The translations under genes and the position numbers were made by a program. A stretch of DNA of 64,000 bases, from IMG/VR virus record IMGVR_UViG_3300037423_001636, positions 1 through 64,000 of that record; one strand, written 5' to 3'. Every line of letters starts with the position of its first letter. Position 1 is the stretch's first letter. A model generated the notes under the pieces. The model ran no database searches and was not told where the DNA came from. It was given only the letters and a program-made list of their open reading frames with translations. This DNA comes from a virus (Duplodnaviria; Heunggongvirae; Uroviricota; Caudoviricetes). Below, one piece after another: positions 1-9,412 of this stretch.

Positions 1-29
1 TATTCTTCGCGAGCTGCACCGTTGAACGA

Positions 30-254
30 ATGAGCATCGACGACAAAGTTTCTCAGGCCGCTCGGAATCTCTTTCGGCTGGAAAATCCCGACCGTAAGAT
101 GACGGGGAAGCGCAGGCGACGGGCGAGCTATTGGCTTCGGTTGTATAATCGGTATGAGCATCGCCAGCAACGCGAGTTTGCACGACGCGAGCTGTGGCCC
201 GCCATCCTCAAGGCTCTCGACGAGGGCAAAATCCAGTCCGTGACCATCCTTTAA
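30..254 (+). CDS. hypothetical protein
   Basis: 74 aa ORF bounded by junction motifs. Confidence 0.7.
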   Translation: MSIDDKVSQAARNLFRLENPDRKMTGKRRRRASYWLRLYNRYEHRQQREFARRELWPAILKALDEGKIQSVTIL

Positions 255-263
255 CCAGAATGA

Positions 264-530
264 ATGAAAACCGCACCGCTAATCAAACTCCATCGTGACG
301 AGACTTCGGAAATCGCGGGCGATTGCGAAATCTGGGTGAATCCCGCCCATGTCGTCTCTATCGAGCCGCAGAAGGTGCCTAATTCAGAGCCGTGCGCGTC
401 CATCGAAATGACAACCTTCCACTTCACCACGATGGAGAGCTACGCGTGGGTTGTTGAACAACTGACGGGTTACTCCGCCGATGAAGCATTTGGTATGAAA
501 AATTGCTGTAAAGCGAATGAACAGCTATGA
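264..530 (+). CDS. hypothetical protein (FlbD-like IWVNPAHVVSI motif)
   Basis: 88 aa ORF; motif resemblance only. Confidence 0.6.
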   Translation: MKTAPLIKLHRDETSEIAGDCEIWVNPAHVVSIEPQKVPNSEPCASIEMTTFHFTTMESYAWVVEQLTGYSADEAFGMKNCCKANEQL

Positions 531-781
531 AAGTTGTAACCGAATGGAAAGACGGCTGTGGTGCGACGCTATTTGAACACACACCGAAGCAACACGACAT
601 GGAGCGTTGGGAGGTTCGCGAACTGGCGGACCAACTCAACGCGCTCGTCGCAGAATGGGACGCCCGCAATCGCATGAAGCGGTTGAGCGATATTCTGGAC
701 CAGCACGCCCAAATTGCCGCCGAAGCTCGCGCGCTCATCCTCAAAGAAATCGCCGGCCTACCGCTCGTGGAGACACGGTGA
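527..781 (+). CDS. hypothetical protein, paralog of 28209-28439
   Basis: shared KRL..I.D.HAQIAAEAR..I / IL.EIAGLP. Confidence 0.75.
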   Translation: MKVVTEWKDGCGATLFEHTPKQHDMERWEVRELADQLNALVAEWDARNRMKRLSDILDQHAQIAAEARALILKEIAGLPLVETR

Positions 782-787
782 ACGAAC

Positions 788-943
788 ATGACTTCCAAGC
801 AGCACGTTTTGAAAAAGTATCCGAAGGCGAAATGCCGCTGGATTCCCGGCTGGGGACTCTACGAGGTAGAGGCGAACGGTCGCTGCCTCGCGACCGGATT
901 CAACGCACCTACGACATGGAAAACTGCCGCGAAGAAACTCTAG
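788..943 (+). CDS. small hypothetical protein (51 aa, MTSKQHVLKKYPKAKC...)
   Basis: translated by hand; fills the gap between two GAACGAA motifs; below the ORF-track cutoff. Confidence 0.7.
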   Translation: MTSKQHVLKKYPKAKCRWIPGWGLYEVEANGRCLATGFNAPTTWKTAAKKL

Positions 944-968
944 GCGAACGAACACTCCTTTCCCACCC

Positions 969-1211
969 ATGGATCACCGAAGCGCTACTCTGAGCAACTT
1001 GCATCACGCCTACGCGCAGACCGACGGCACGTATGCGTTCCCGAACAGTCGCGAAGGCGACATGCTCAAACAGGCGAAAAAGGAAATCGAACAACTCCGC
1101 GCCACGCTTGAAGAATGTCGGACCTGCGTGAACTGCATGACCCTGACCGGAGCGCACAATCGCAGCCATGCGGCCCGCGCTCACCAAGTTATCGACGAAG
1201 CTCTCGGCTAA
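969..1211 (+). CDS. hypothetical protein
   Basis: 80 aa ORF in array. Confidence 0.7.
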   Translation: MDHRSATLSNLHHAYAQTDGTYAFPNSREGDMLKQAKKEIEQLRATLEECRTCVNCMTLTGAHNRSHAARAHQVIDEALG

Positions 1212-1223
1212 CCGGGAACGAAT

Positions 1224-1328
1224 ATGCGCCGCAAACGGAAGTATCTCACCGCGCGCCAATCTCGCGCCCTCGAACGCGCGATCAACAACCTCGTCTACGG
1301 ATGGGGGAAGCGCCGCGCCCGACGTTGA
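1224..1328 (+). CDS. small basic peptide (34 aa, MRRKRKYLTARQSRALE...)
   Basis: translated by hand; lies between two GAACGAA motifs. Confidence 0.6.
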   Translation: MRRKRKYLTARQSRALERAINNLVYGWGKRRARR

Positions 1329-1337
1329 ACGAAACCT

Positions 1338-1511
1338 ATGGGCTCTTACGCATCACACCTTTCCGACCAAATCGCCGCTAAAGACGCGCGCATCGCCGAG
1401 CTTGAGCGCGAGAACGCCGAACTCCGTAAAGCCCTCGAATCGGCTCGCGATCAAATGCAAGACGCGGGGCTCTTCAACGGCCTTGTGGCCTATCACACGC
1501 GCAAAGGGTGA
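1338..1511 (+). CDS. small coiled-coil protein (57 aa)
   Basis: translated by hand: MGSYASHLSDQIAAKDARIAELERENAELRKAL... Confidence 0.65.
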   Translation: MGSYASHLSDQIAAKDARIAELERENAELRKALESARDQMQDAGLFNGLVAYHTRKG

Positions 1512-1515
1512 ACAA

Positions 1516-1683
1516 ATGCTCACAGACCGCGATAAATACACAGTGGAGGTTGCACGAGAAATCGGCGGATGGACCAACCAACAACGTGTCGAGTTTTTTG
1601 ACTACCTCACGGCCAACTTTTGCCGCGACTGCGGATGCGAAAAAGAGCCGGGGTATTCCTGCCACTGCACTAACGACGAGTAG
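1516..1683 (+). CDS. small Cys-rich protein (55 aa)
   Basis: CRDCGC...CHC C-terminus; ATG right after GAACAA. Confidence 0.65.
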   Translation: MLTDRDKYTVEVAREIGGWTNQQRVEFFDYLTANFCRDCGCEKEPGYSCHCTNDE

Positions 1684-1756
1684 AACGAAACCACTTCACC
1701 CCACTTCCAGCTCCAATCTTGTCCGCCGGGACTCCGCCGATCACCAACATTTCCCT

Positions 1757-2839
1757 ATGAAATCGCTCATTACATTCGCTGCGGTGCTATGCACCACACT
1801 GTCCTTTGGACAGACTTCCCATACCAAAGCCCCCTCGGCTTTCGAGCCTGTTCCGTCGCTGCCTGTCAAGGGCTCTATCAATATCGCTTATCGCACCCGC
1901 TCTCAGTCCGATGGCGATAAGCCTAAAGCCGGAGTCACAGATGTTTACACGCTCAACATAAACGTGGCGAATTCTGCTCTATTCAAGGGCACGATCAGCC
2001 ATCTTCCCTACATCCACAATACCGTAACCCCAGATCAGCAGGGCAAGATCACATACGAGCTGGACCTTGATGTCGTCAATCCGGCGCGGCCAGAGCAGAC
2101 CCGGAATGTAGGGAAGATGTTCGGCAGCGCCCCGATCGACAAGATGAACATTTTTCGCTATAGCGACGGTGGGGGTGTCAAGGTTGCGGTGTTCCCCATC
2201 GGTGCGGCCAAGGGATTCGAGTCTCGATTCAATGGACTCGCACTCGCCAAGCCACCAGCCAGTTCTGGAATCGCCCGCCTCAAGCAGGAGGCTGTGAGAC
2301 TGGTCTCCAGTAAAGGCGGCGCAATCGTGTTGACGAAATACGACAAGATGAGTTTCGAGCAGCACGTGCTCCCGGCTGGCCCCGTTCAAATTTATCCGGA
2401 AACCACGGTAACTGGTATACTATTCTACGATTATGGTCGTTCTGCGTGGCATTTCAACAACGTCACTCTTCTCTACAACGCTGAAGGTCGCCGCGCCGTT
2501 GACACACTCACCGGTTCTATCCGTTGGATTGAAGCGCCGAATCGCAAATCTACGGGTGAAGGTCACTACGAATTCAACATCAATCTGAACGAGCCGCCGC
2601 CGACCGAGAGTGCGGTGTTCGGGGCGGTCGCTGACGAAAGCAGTTTCTTCGCGTCTGATGAAGCCATTCCTAGTCTAACGGGGGCGATCAACTACAAGGA
2701 TACTATCACTCCTGACGGGACCGTCACGGCATCAGTCGTTCAGATTGATCTGAAGGGGAATAAGCTGAGCAAGCAGCAGGTAATGGCTCTATCCAAGCTT
2801 TTATTTCTCAGCGCCCTTGTGCCGATAAACGCAGAATAG
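1757..2839 (+). CDS. secreted/periplasmic beta-rich protein of unknown function
   Basis: probable start MKSLITFAAVLCTTLSFG reads as a signal peptide; 360 aa. Confidence 0.75.
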   Translation: MKSLITFAAVLCTTLSFGQTSHTKAPSAFEPVPSLPVKGSINIAYRTRSQSDGDKPKAGVTDVYTLNINVANSALFKGTISHLPYIHNTVTPDQQGKITYELDLDVVNPARPEQTRNVGKMFGSAPIDKMNIFRYSDGGGVKVAVFPIGAAKGFESRFNGLALAKPPASSGIARLKQEAVRLVSSKGGAIVLTKYDKMSFEQHVLPAGPVQIYPETTVTGILFYDYGRSAWHFNNVTLLYNAEGRRAVDTLTGSIRWIEAPNRKSTGEGHYEFNINLNEPPPTESAVFGAVADESSFFASDEAIPSLTGAINYKDTITPDGTVTASVVQIDLKGNKLSKQQVMALSKLLFLSALVPINAE

Positions 2840-2889
2840 TCTTGACCAACTCCTCGCAATCTGCACACTCTCTATTTTTCAAACACCAA

Positions 2890-3555
2890 ATGAAATCACG
2901 ACTACTCGTCACTGCAATCTCCCTCGTTCTGACGCTTGCCGCGCCTCTTTTCGCCGCCGAGCCCGCTGGTTCTACTGCCGCCCCCGCGCCAGTAACCGAA
3001 TTCTCGGGCACTCTCTCCGCCGACTACGTGACATCCTATGTGTTCCGCGGGGCCAAAATCGCAGATGATTCCATCCAACCTGCAATCAACCTGCAATACG
3101 GCGCGCTCTACGGTACCGTGTGGGCCAACACTCCTACGAATCGTCGTCCGAACAGTGAGATCGATGTGACTGTGGGAGGCGCGCTGGCGGGATTGGACGC
3201 TGGTCTGACCGGCTACACCTACCCCGGCCGCGCCCAGACGACATGGGAGCCATATCTCGGTTACTCGCAGGAAATCCAGTGGTTCAAGGCGTCTGTATAC
3301 GCTTACCGGGACGCGACACTCAATACCACCACTCTGGAGGGCAAGGTCGCCGCAAAGCTGGGCCTCTTTTCTCTGGAAGCATCTGCGGGCACCGTGCGGC
3401 ATGGATATGCCTACTGGTCTGTCGGGCCTGTGGTCAAGAGGCAGATTACAAAGGCTCTATCGCTCTCTACTGGAGTGCAATACACGTCTACGGATGACTC
3501 GGCAGTCGGCAAGGATCGTTGGGTCGGCCGTGTTGGGGTATCATTTGGATTCTGA
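2890..3555 (+). CDS. outer-membrane beta-barrel, TorF/TIGR02001 (Gcw_chp)-like porin
   Basis: signal peptide, DYVTSYVFRG, SIQP, EIDVTVG, GYTYPG motifs, C-terminal Phe (GVSFGF). Confidence 0.8.
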   Translation: MKSRLLVTAISLVLTLAAPLFAAEPAGSTAAPAPVTEFSGTLSADYVTSYVFRGAKIADDSIQPAINLQYGALYGTVWANTPTNRRPNSEIDVTVGGALAGLDAGLTGYTYPGRAQTTWEPYLGYSQEIQWFKASVYAYRDATLNTTTLEGKVAAKLGLFSLEASAGTVRHGYAYWSVGPVVKRQITKALSLSTGVQYTSTDDSAVGKDRWVGRVGVSFGF

Positions 3556-3715
3556 GCGTGCCCCAATCTCCCACTCCACCTCATATCCGCGCCAATCTGC
3601 CCAAAGACCCGGTAGCCCGTCGCCGCGAATACATGCGGAGATACCGCCGCTGGTATTATCGGGAAGTGCGTCCGACATATATGAGGGAGTATTGGGCGAC
3701 CTATTGTAGAATCCC

Positions 3716-3925
3716 ATGAGCAAACCCATTTGCACCGCTGCCAACCCCGCACCGTTGGTCCCACCGTGGTCCAGTAGCGTTCGGCACTCCATCTCCGGGT
3801 GGAATGATAAATGGGATCATCCTGACGCAACCACTGAAGACATCGGCGGCGGAGTATACGAGGATTATCGCTATTCGTGTCCCCATTGCGGTGTACATCT
3901 CATCGAGGAGGGTGGGGACGCATGA
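3716..3925 (+). CDS. small zinc-ribbon protein
   Basis: WDHPDA...YSCPHCG. Confidence 0.6.
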   Translation: MSKPICTAANPAPLVPPWSSSVRHSISGWNDKWDHPDATTEDIGGGVYEDYRYSCPHCGVHLIEEGGDA

Positions 3926-4124
3926 GCGCCCATAGTTCCATTCCAATTCCCCAACTTACTGCTTTAGAACTTGAGGAGATTCTACTCACGGTTGATGGCC
4001 GTGGGCGAGAGATTAAACGCGAGGCTCTGTATGAGCTTATCCATCGCGCCACCGAAGGTGGTCGGCTGGACTATGATCTTATGAACGAGCTGAAACGATT
4101 ATGAGCTTCACACACTGATCCGCC

Positions 4125-4412
4125 ATGGTCATTTCTCTCGACTACGATTCCACTTACACACGCGATCCCGATCTCTGGGACTCCTTCATCATCGCAGCAA
4201 AGTCGCGCGGACATACAGTTATCTGTGTCACAAATCGCCCTTGGGCACCCGGCACCACAAAACAGGAGAGAGTGCCTAGCCCCGAGATTCCTTTCATCTG
4301 TGCGGGGGACAAATTCAAGGATGAAGCTGCCCGCGCCGCGGGGCACAAGGTGGCGATCTGGATTGATGATATGCCGGCCACTATCTCGCAGATTCCAGTC
4401 ATTCTCTCATAG
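4125..4412 (+). CDS. small HAD-superfamily protein
   Basis: SLDYDST (DxD motif I), VT, K, IDD motifs. Confidence 0.7.
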   Translation: MVISLDYDSTYTRDPDLWDSFIIAAKSRGHTVICVTNRPWAPGTTKQERVPSPEIPFICAGDKFKDEAARAAGHKVAIWIDDMPATISQIPVILS

Positions 4413-4718
4413 TTGCTTATCGCGAAGGTCTGCCGTACAGACAATGAGTAGCCCAACTACTGACTCGTCGGCACGGTCACATTGTCCTTCCAATTTCCGC
4501 CCACTCTGCTAGAGTCCCCTTTTATGCACCACCGCCACGAAGACAGCGACGATGAATGCGAATGTGAGCCAAACGGCTCATTCTGGTCCTATTTCGGCCA
4601 AGGGCTAGCCATCCTTCTGATCTGCCTCGGCATCGGTGGCCGCACGTGGCTGGAAAAGCACAATGGCCCTCTTGTCATCATTCGTCACGAACGCACAAAC
4701 TGATACAAATCATTCCAA

Positions 4719-5000
4719 ATGAACCCGTTCGAATCATTGTTCACCGATCTAGTTGTCAGCACCCTCGTCGCCAAAGTTGCGACTCTACCTCCGGATAAAC
4801 AGGAGGATGCCATCATGGATATTATCGGGCAGTATCTCGTCGTGATGAGCGTTGAAAAGATTACGGAGCTGCGCCAGATGATCGTGAAAGAGTATGGCGA
4901 GCATTCTGATTTTCCACTTGTGGTGAAAGTGCTGGAGCTGATGGATGGACATGTGGCGCTCCGTGAGATGGCCTCAACGACCGAGCCGACTCAATCATAA
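4719..5000 (+). CDS. hypothetical protein
   Basis: 93 aa, overlapping stop/start chain. Confidence 0.65.
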   Translation: MNPFESLFTDLVVSTLVAKVATLPPDKQEDAIMDIIGQYLVVMSVEKITELRQMIVKEYGEHSDFPLVVKVLELMDGHVALREMASTTEPTQS

Positions 5001-5317
5001 TGTCCTCTCTACCGGATGAGTTGCGCGTGATGGAGGCTCGGCTGAACGAGCTGAAGCAAGCGAATCTTGCGGCCAATCGGATTATCAGCCAGCAGGCCAA
5101 TGAGATGAAACAGCTCGCTGACCGTATTGCGGCGCTGGAAGCTGATGAAGCGAGACTTGACTGGCTTGCGGCGAATCCGTTGCGCGCCCACATCGGGGGT
5201 TTGCCAGCGAGCGCGAAAGCCTATTCCATCATCACAGAACTCCCGTTGCGAGCGGCGCTGGACGTGATGATAGAGAAAGAGTCTGCGGCCAAAGACGAGC
5301 CAAATCCAATTCCATGA
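5000..5317 (+). CDS. coiled-coil phage protein with RLDWL...LRAALD microdomain
   Basis: motif also seen at 28623 and 30505. Confidence 0.65.
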   Translation: MSSLPDELRVMEARLNELKQANLAANRIISQQANEMKQLADRIAALEADEARLDWLAANPLRAHIGGLPASAKAYSIITELPLRAALDVMIEKESAAKDEPNPIP

Positions 5318-5556
5318 ACACATCCCCAGCACAATCTGAACCTATCGCGCTGATTCCCGACGACACCCTTCATTCGATCTGCAAGATCGGGCAAGGAAAA
5401 GCGTGTTGCCGATACGTCATCGCTGGGCCGGGCGGCATAGAGTGCGCGAAGCACACTGATCTGCGGAATCTGCTTGACAAACGCGTGGCCGCCGGCACGT
5501 TCGTGGCTCAAGGCGACAACTGTGCGGGCCTTAAGCCCACTGAGACTGTCGTCTGA
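5314..5556 (+). CDS. Cys-rich phage protein
   Basis: CKIGQGKACCRY...ECAK...GDNC. Confidence 0.7.
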   Translation: MNTSPAQSEPIALIPDDTLHSICKIGQGKACCRYVIAGPGGIECAKHTDLRNLLDKRVAAGTFVAQGDNCAGLKPTETVV

Positions 5557-5588
5557 GGCTTCCCGTCTCTATCCATCCACCCAATCAT

Positions 5589-6137
5589 ATGAACACCTCA
5601 CGATCTATCGGAGACCGGCCGCTCGCTCTTGCTGGCTATCTGCGCAAGGCTGCGGACCTCCTGTTGGACACCGAAACCGCCAAGGACTACGATTGGAGTA
5701 AGTGCACTCGCTGTAATGTCGGCATGCTGGGCCGTGCTATTACAGGTATGGACGTGGACAAATTCTACAATGAGATTCCTAGGACTGGTGGTACGTGGTC
5801 CCTCAAAATGCTAGGGGTAGGAGTCGAGGATAACGTCGTCGTCGCTCAGATGCTTAAAGCCGGAATCGATCCGTCTGATATCGAGCATCTGGAGTTTCTC
5901 TGTCATCCCGATCTGAAACGGGCTGAGTGGAGCGATACTCCTAAATCCCTTATATTTTACCAATCGGCTCAAGCTCACTACAGGGAAGTCTCCAACGCTG
6001 TATGGTATCTGCTGGAATGGGCCAAAAAAATTGAGGCTTTCCATGCGGAGCGGGCCGCCGCTCTTCAACCGATCACATTAGACCACTCTCTTGTCACAAC
6101 TCAACCCTGTGTCGCTTGCGACACCCGCGAAATCTGA
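5589..6137 (+). CDS. hypothetical protein, paralog of 13805-14461
   Basis: IGDRPL.LAG.LR..A, Y.W....RCN.G.L.R.ITG, D..HLE.L. Confidence 0.75.
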   Translation: MNTSRSIGDRPLALAGYLRKAADLLLDTETAKDYDWSKCTRCNVGMLGRAITGMDVDKFYNEIPRTGGTWSLKMLGVGVEDNVVVAQMLKAGIDPSDIEHLEFLCHPDLKRAEWSDTPKSLIFYQSAQAHYREVSNAVWYLLEWAKKIEAFHAERAAALQPITLDHSLVTTQPCVACDTREI

Positions 6138-6150
6138 AAGATTGAGCATT

Positions 6151-6537
6151 ATGAATGTAGAACAGTTCGAAGCCACCCTCCAAGACACCATCGTCCGCAT
6201 CATCCAGTCCCACGGCGGTAAAGTGGACTTGAATCTGGAAGCCACACAGCTGGCCGGCAACCCCCAAGAGGGTCACTCTTCAACTCGCATGGGCTTCAAC
6301 GTAGAGTGGCCGACTCCTCCAGACGATGCAACACTGAAACAGATCAATCATGAGGTCGGCGACGCCATCATGGCGCTGGTCGCAAAGCATGCTGAAGAGC
6401 TGGGCATTACTCATGGCGGGGGAATCATGCGGTTTCCCGGCGGCATCATGGGATTCGGCGTGATGAAAGCGTCGGAGTCTGAAGGAGTGTCTGCGGAGGA
6501 CGGAGAGGATGATGGGGAGTTTTGGAAAAACGCGTGA
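6151..6537 (+). CDS. hypothetical protein
   Basis: 128 aa ORF. Confidence 0.65.
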   Translation: MNVEQFEATLQDTIVRIIQSHGGKVDLNLEATQLAGNPQEGHSSTRMGFNVEWPTPPDDATLKQINHEVGDAIMALVAKHAEELGITHGGGIMRFPGGIMGFGVMKASESEGVSAEDGEDDGEFWKNA

Positions 6538-6604
6538 CGGTTGTGAAATGACTGGATAGAAGTCCCTGTTGCATCTTATCGCAAAAAACTGCTAGAGTCC
6601 GATT

Positions 6605-7174
6605 ATGAGCGATTCACCTTCATCCACACCTAAAGAATCACATCTAGCCGAGACTATTGTTTTAGGCCGCCGCTGGCATCTTACTGCCGGGGCCGAAGCC
6701 GCAGTCAAAGCTTTGGGAGCGCGGCTAGACATGGATGTAAAACGTGAGGCGGGTAACGCACTCCGCCACATTGGAGAGTTTTTATCTGACATCAGTCCCT
6801 CACCAACGCTCGACGTGCGGGAAGCGGATTTTGCGCGGGCCGCGCACACCTATTTACGCAAATACTGCGACGATTCGCTTACGACTCTGCTCTATCGACT
6901 GATCGCGGACGGCAAAGGCTGGGCGGTTTGGGCTGCCTTTGTTAAAGGCGCGGTTGCAAATAATCTCGATTATCATGAAGCTCAGCGTGACGCTGAGACC
7001 TATTACCACGACAACATAGATATTCCGGAGAACTGCTATATGAGGTGCGCCCTTGGCGCGTGGCCCAAAAAAGACTACGATCAGATGATCAAGTATTTTC
7101 GTAAAGACGGCTGGTTTGACTGGCTGCCGAAGAATGGCGTGTCGAAGACACCATTAGCCAAAAGCGAGCGATGA
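6605..7174 (+). CDS. hypothetical protein (leaderless)
   Basis: TTGCAT-17-TAGAGT promoter directly upstream. Confidence 0.7.
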   Translation: MSDSPSSTPKESHLAETIVLGRRWHLTAGAEAAVKALGARLDMDVKREAGNALRHIGEFLSDISPSPTLDVREADFARAAHTYLRKYCDDSLTTLLYRLIADGKGWAVWAAFVKGAVANNLDYHEAQRDAETYYHDNIDIPENCYMRCALGAWPKKDYDQMIKYFRKDGWFDWLPKNGVSKTPLAKSER

Positions 7175-7515
7175 GCGTATCCTCTGCCTTTCAATCTCTG
7201 CTAGACGAGCTACAGACTGCTAGTGCTTCCCGCACATCTGAACTGAGGGCACAGCTATCCGAACTCGTCCAGCGGGGCGAAGCAGTTATCACTGGAAAAC
7301 TCCGCTGGTCCACAGAAAAACCCAGTGTAGCTGGAGTCTACTGGTACCGCACTAAGCGCGCCGGCTTGTTCACGACGCGCACTCTACTTAAAGTCTACGA
7401 GCAGGATCATCAATGGTTTGCGAGTCATGTGAATATGCAACATACAGACTTGGCTCTGGACTCTTATCACCAGAATGAGGCTGAGTGGGCGGGGCCGGTC
7501 AGTGTTCCAGAATAA
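7171..7515 (+). CDS. hypothetical phage protein
   Basis: WSTEKP..AG.YWYR...EWAGP motif. Confidence 0.7.
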   Translation: MSVSSAFQSLLDELQTASASRTSELRAQLSELVQRGEAVITGKLRWSTEKPSVAGVYWYRTKRAGLFTTRTLLKVYEQDHQWFASHVNMQHTDLALDSYHQNEAEWAGPVSVPE

Positions 7516-7700
7516 CCGAGTGAGATCATTTCTCCAATCCTGCTGTGATCATCTCCTCGAATGGTTCGGCGTCCTTTTCGTCCTCACTGGACTTGGATTT
7601 ATATACCTGCTCGACTGGCTGGCAGGACTGGCAAAAGACAAATGTGATGAAGAAGACGATCTCCACTTTTGAACGCTCGCCGCACGCATTTTCGTGCGAA

Positions 7701-8660
7701 ATGACATTTATTCCGTCCATCTATCCACACGAAATACTCGATAAGACTGCGGGCCAGAAGATTTGTGGGCATCTCAACAAGATGCTGACCAAGCTGGCTA
7801 AAAGCACGAATCTCAATCTGTTCGCCAAGCTGGACCCGTTACACGATAAGCGAACTCCCGGCTTGCACCAGAACACGAAAGGTGGCCACGAGACCTATTG
7901 CATAGAGATTGTTCCCCTGCCGGGGTTCCCTCTATATACCCACTGGCTTGAGAAAAAAGAGTGGGAGACAACACAAATCGTGATTGATGGGCTGTTCCGC
8001 ATCTTGGAGCCTATGGGACTGGTCCCGATGGTCGTAGAGACAACGAATGGAGTCGAGAGGCATTGGCCCACTGGCGGCTGTCACATCCACTATTCCTCCG
8101 ATCTCTTCGAGCTTGGGCCGGATTGGTATAAGCTGATGGAACGATTTCATCGGAATCTACTCATCGACTATGCCAATCGTCCTTACATCCGGTGGCTTTT
8201 CTGTCAGTGGTTCAATGACAAAAGCTGCCTGTGCCTGATCGATCAAGAAACGCTCCAGCTTACCGAGCTATCAGGTGTCAAGAAACTGACCGAGAAAAGC
8301 GTGTGGAACTACGCATTCTGGGGCAATCACTCTATAGAGCCGCGATATATGCTGAGTAGCAAGGCGACATACTCTACTTTCGAGTTCCGGTTCTTCAACA
8401 TGATCGCTAACGCCAGTGAATTGCGTTCCATTGTGCGGTTTGTGAATCGTTGGGTGACGCATCATGTAGCGCTAGCCACGAAAGACAAGAAGCTACCGCT
8501 AACCATAAACCTTAAGGAGTGGGTGCGGCTGGCAAACCTTGAAGAATCTCGGAAAGAGTGTAGGAATCTGCTTGACTCGCTCGGCCTAGACGTGCAAGAC
8601 TATCGCATATTCGAGGAGAGGAATCTAGAGAACAGGTTCCGCTTCGGTAATCTTGTGTGA
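7701..8660 (+). CDS. putative amidoligase (COOH-NH2 ligase/Amidoligase_2-like)
   Basis: IEIVP, TGGCHIH and TFEFRFF motifs. Confidence 0.65.
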   Translation: MTFIPSIYPHEILDKTAGQKICGHLNKMLTKLAKSTNLNLFAKLDPLHDKRTPGLHQNTKGGHETYCIEIVPLPGFPLYTHWLEKKEWETTQIVIDGLFRILEPMGLVPMVVETTNGVERHWPTGGCHIHYSSDLFELGPDWYKLMERFHRNLLIDYANRPYIRWLFCQWFNDKSCLCLIDQETLQLTELSGVKKLTEKSVWNYAFWGNHSIEPRYMLSSKATYSTFEFRFFNMIANASELRSIVRFVNRWVTHHVALATKDKKLPLTINLKEWVRLANLEESRKECRNLLDSLGLDVQDYRIFEERNLENRFRFGNLV

Positions 8661-8742
8661 TCGTTATGCCGTCTGGTTTAGCCATACACTGCGCCAGACA
8701 ATCCATCTTTCGTCAGTATAAACATCAACCATCAATACCATC

Positions 8743-8868
8743 ATGGCATCATCCAAGAAATCCACGTCCAAGAAAGCAACGAAATCCGCAGTGGCAAAAA
8801 AGCCAGCGAAGACTGCAAAGCAGAAATCCACGAAGGCTGAAGCGGCGGCTCCCTCTTCCGGCGAGTAG
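8743..8868 (+). CDS. histone H1/HC-like Lys-Ala-Ser-rich small protein (41 aa)
   Basis: translated by hand: MASSKKSTSKKATKSAVAKKPAKTAKQKSTKAEAAAPSSGE; A/C-rich leader and downstream hairpin. Confidence 0.65.
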   Translation: MASSKKSTSKKATKSAVAKKPAKTAKQKSTKAEAAAPSSGE

Positions 8869-8879
8869 TTGGGCTTTCG

Positions 8880-8904
8880 GCCTCACGCCAGTGCGGGGGC
8901 TTTT
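8880..8904 (+). terminator. possible Rho-independent terminator
   Basis: imperfect GC hairpin GCCTCACGC-CAGT-GCGGGGGC followed by TTTT. Confidence 0.4.
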
Positions 8905-9412
8905 CAAAACCCGCACAATCTTTTCCCATGGCCGCGCGCCGCACAGTGTCACAGCAACTTCTCCGTCTCCGCGAGATCCGCAAACCCACTTTGCCGGGGC
9001 CGCGCATCATGCCGGACAGGAAACGGGCCGCAGTGAGAGCGCGTGTGAAGAAAGTGAATGAAGATCATGACTCATGAGCAAATATATCATGAACAAATTC
9101 ATCATACCAGATTTCTATTTACCAGCCCACATTGAATGGGGCATCTCTTCAGAAGTAGATACCCCGACCACACGATCCCCATATTCATCCGTTTCCATGA
9201 CTGACAAACCTGAGATTCCCGAAGGCTTCCAAGAACTGGAGGAAGGCGAGAAGATAAAAGGAAGCGACCACTTTTGGGCACACGGTATCGGACCGTGGAC
9301 CAAGCACAAGGAACGCGCCACTCAGATCGGTAAATTGTATAATCCGGTGGGCAACAGTGGCGGTATTCACTGGTGGACTATCCGACGCATTGTTTGAACT
9401 GTGTTCGAACAA

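Larger units (their letters stand above)
24..1689 (+). repeat. Micro-gene array 1 with GAACGAA junction motif
   Basis: GAACGAA at 24, 780, 946, 1216, 1327, 1683; variants GAATGAA at 258, 515 and GAACAAA at 1510; one at each gene junction. Confidence 0.85.
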
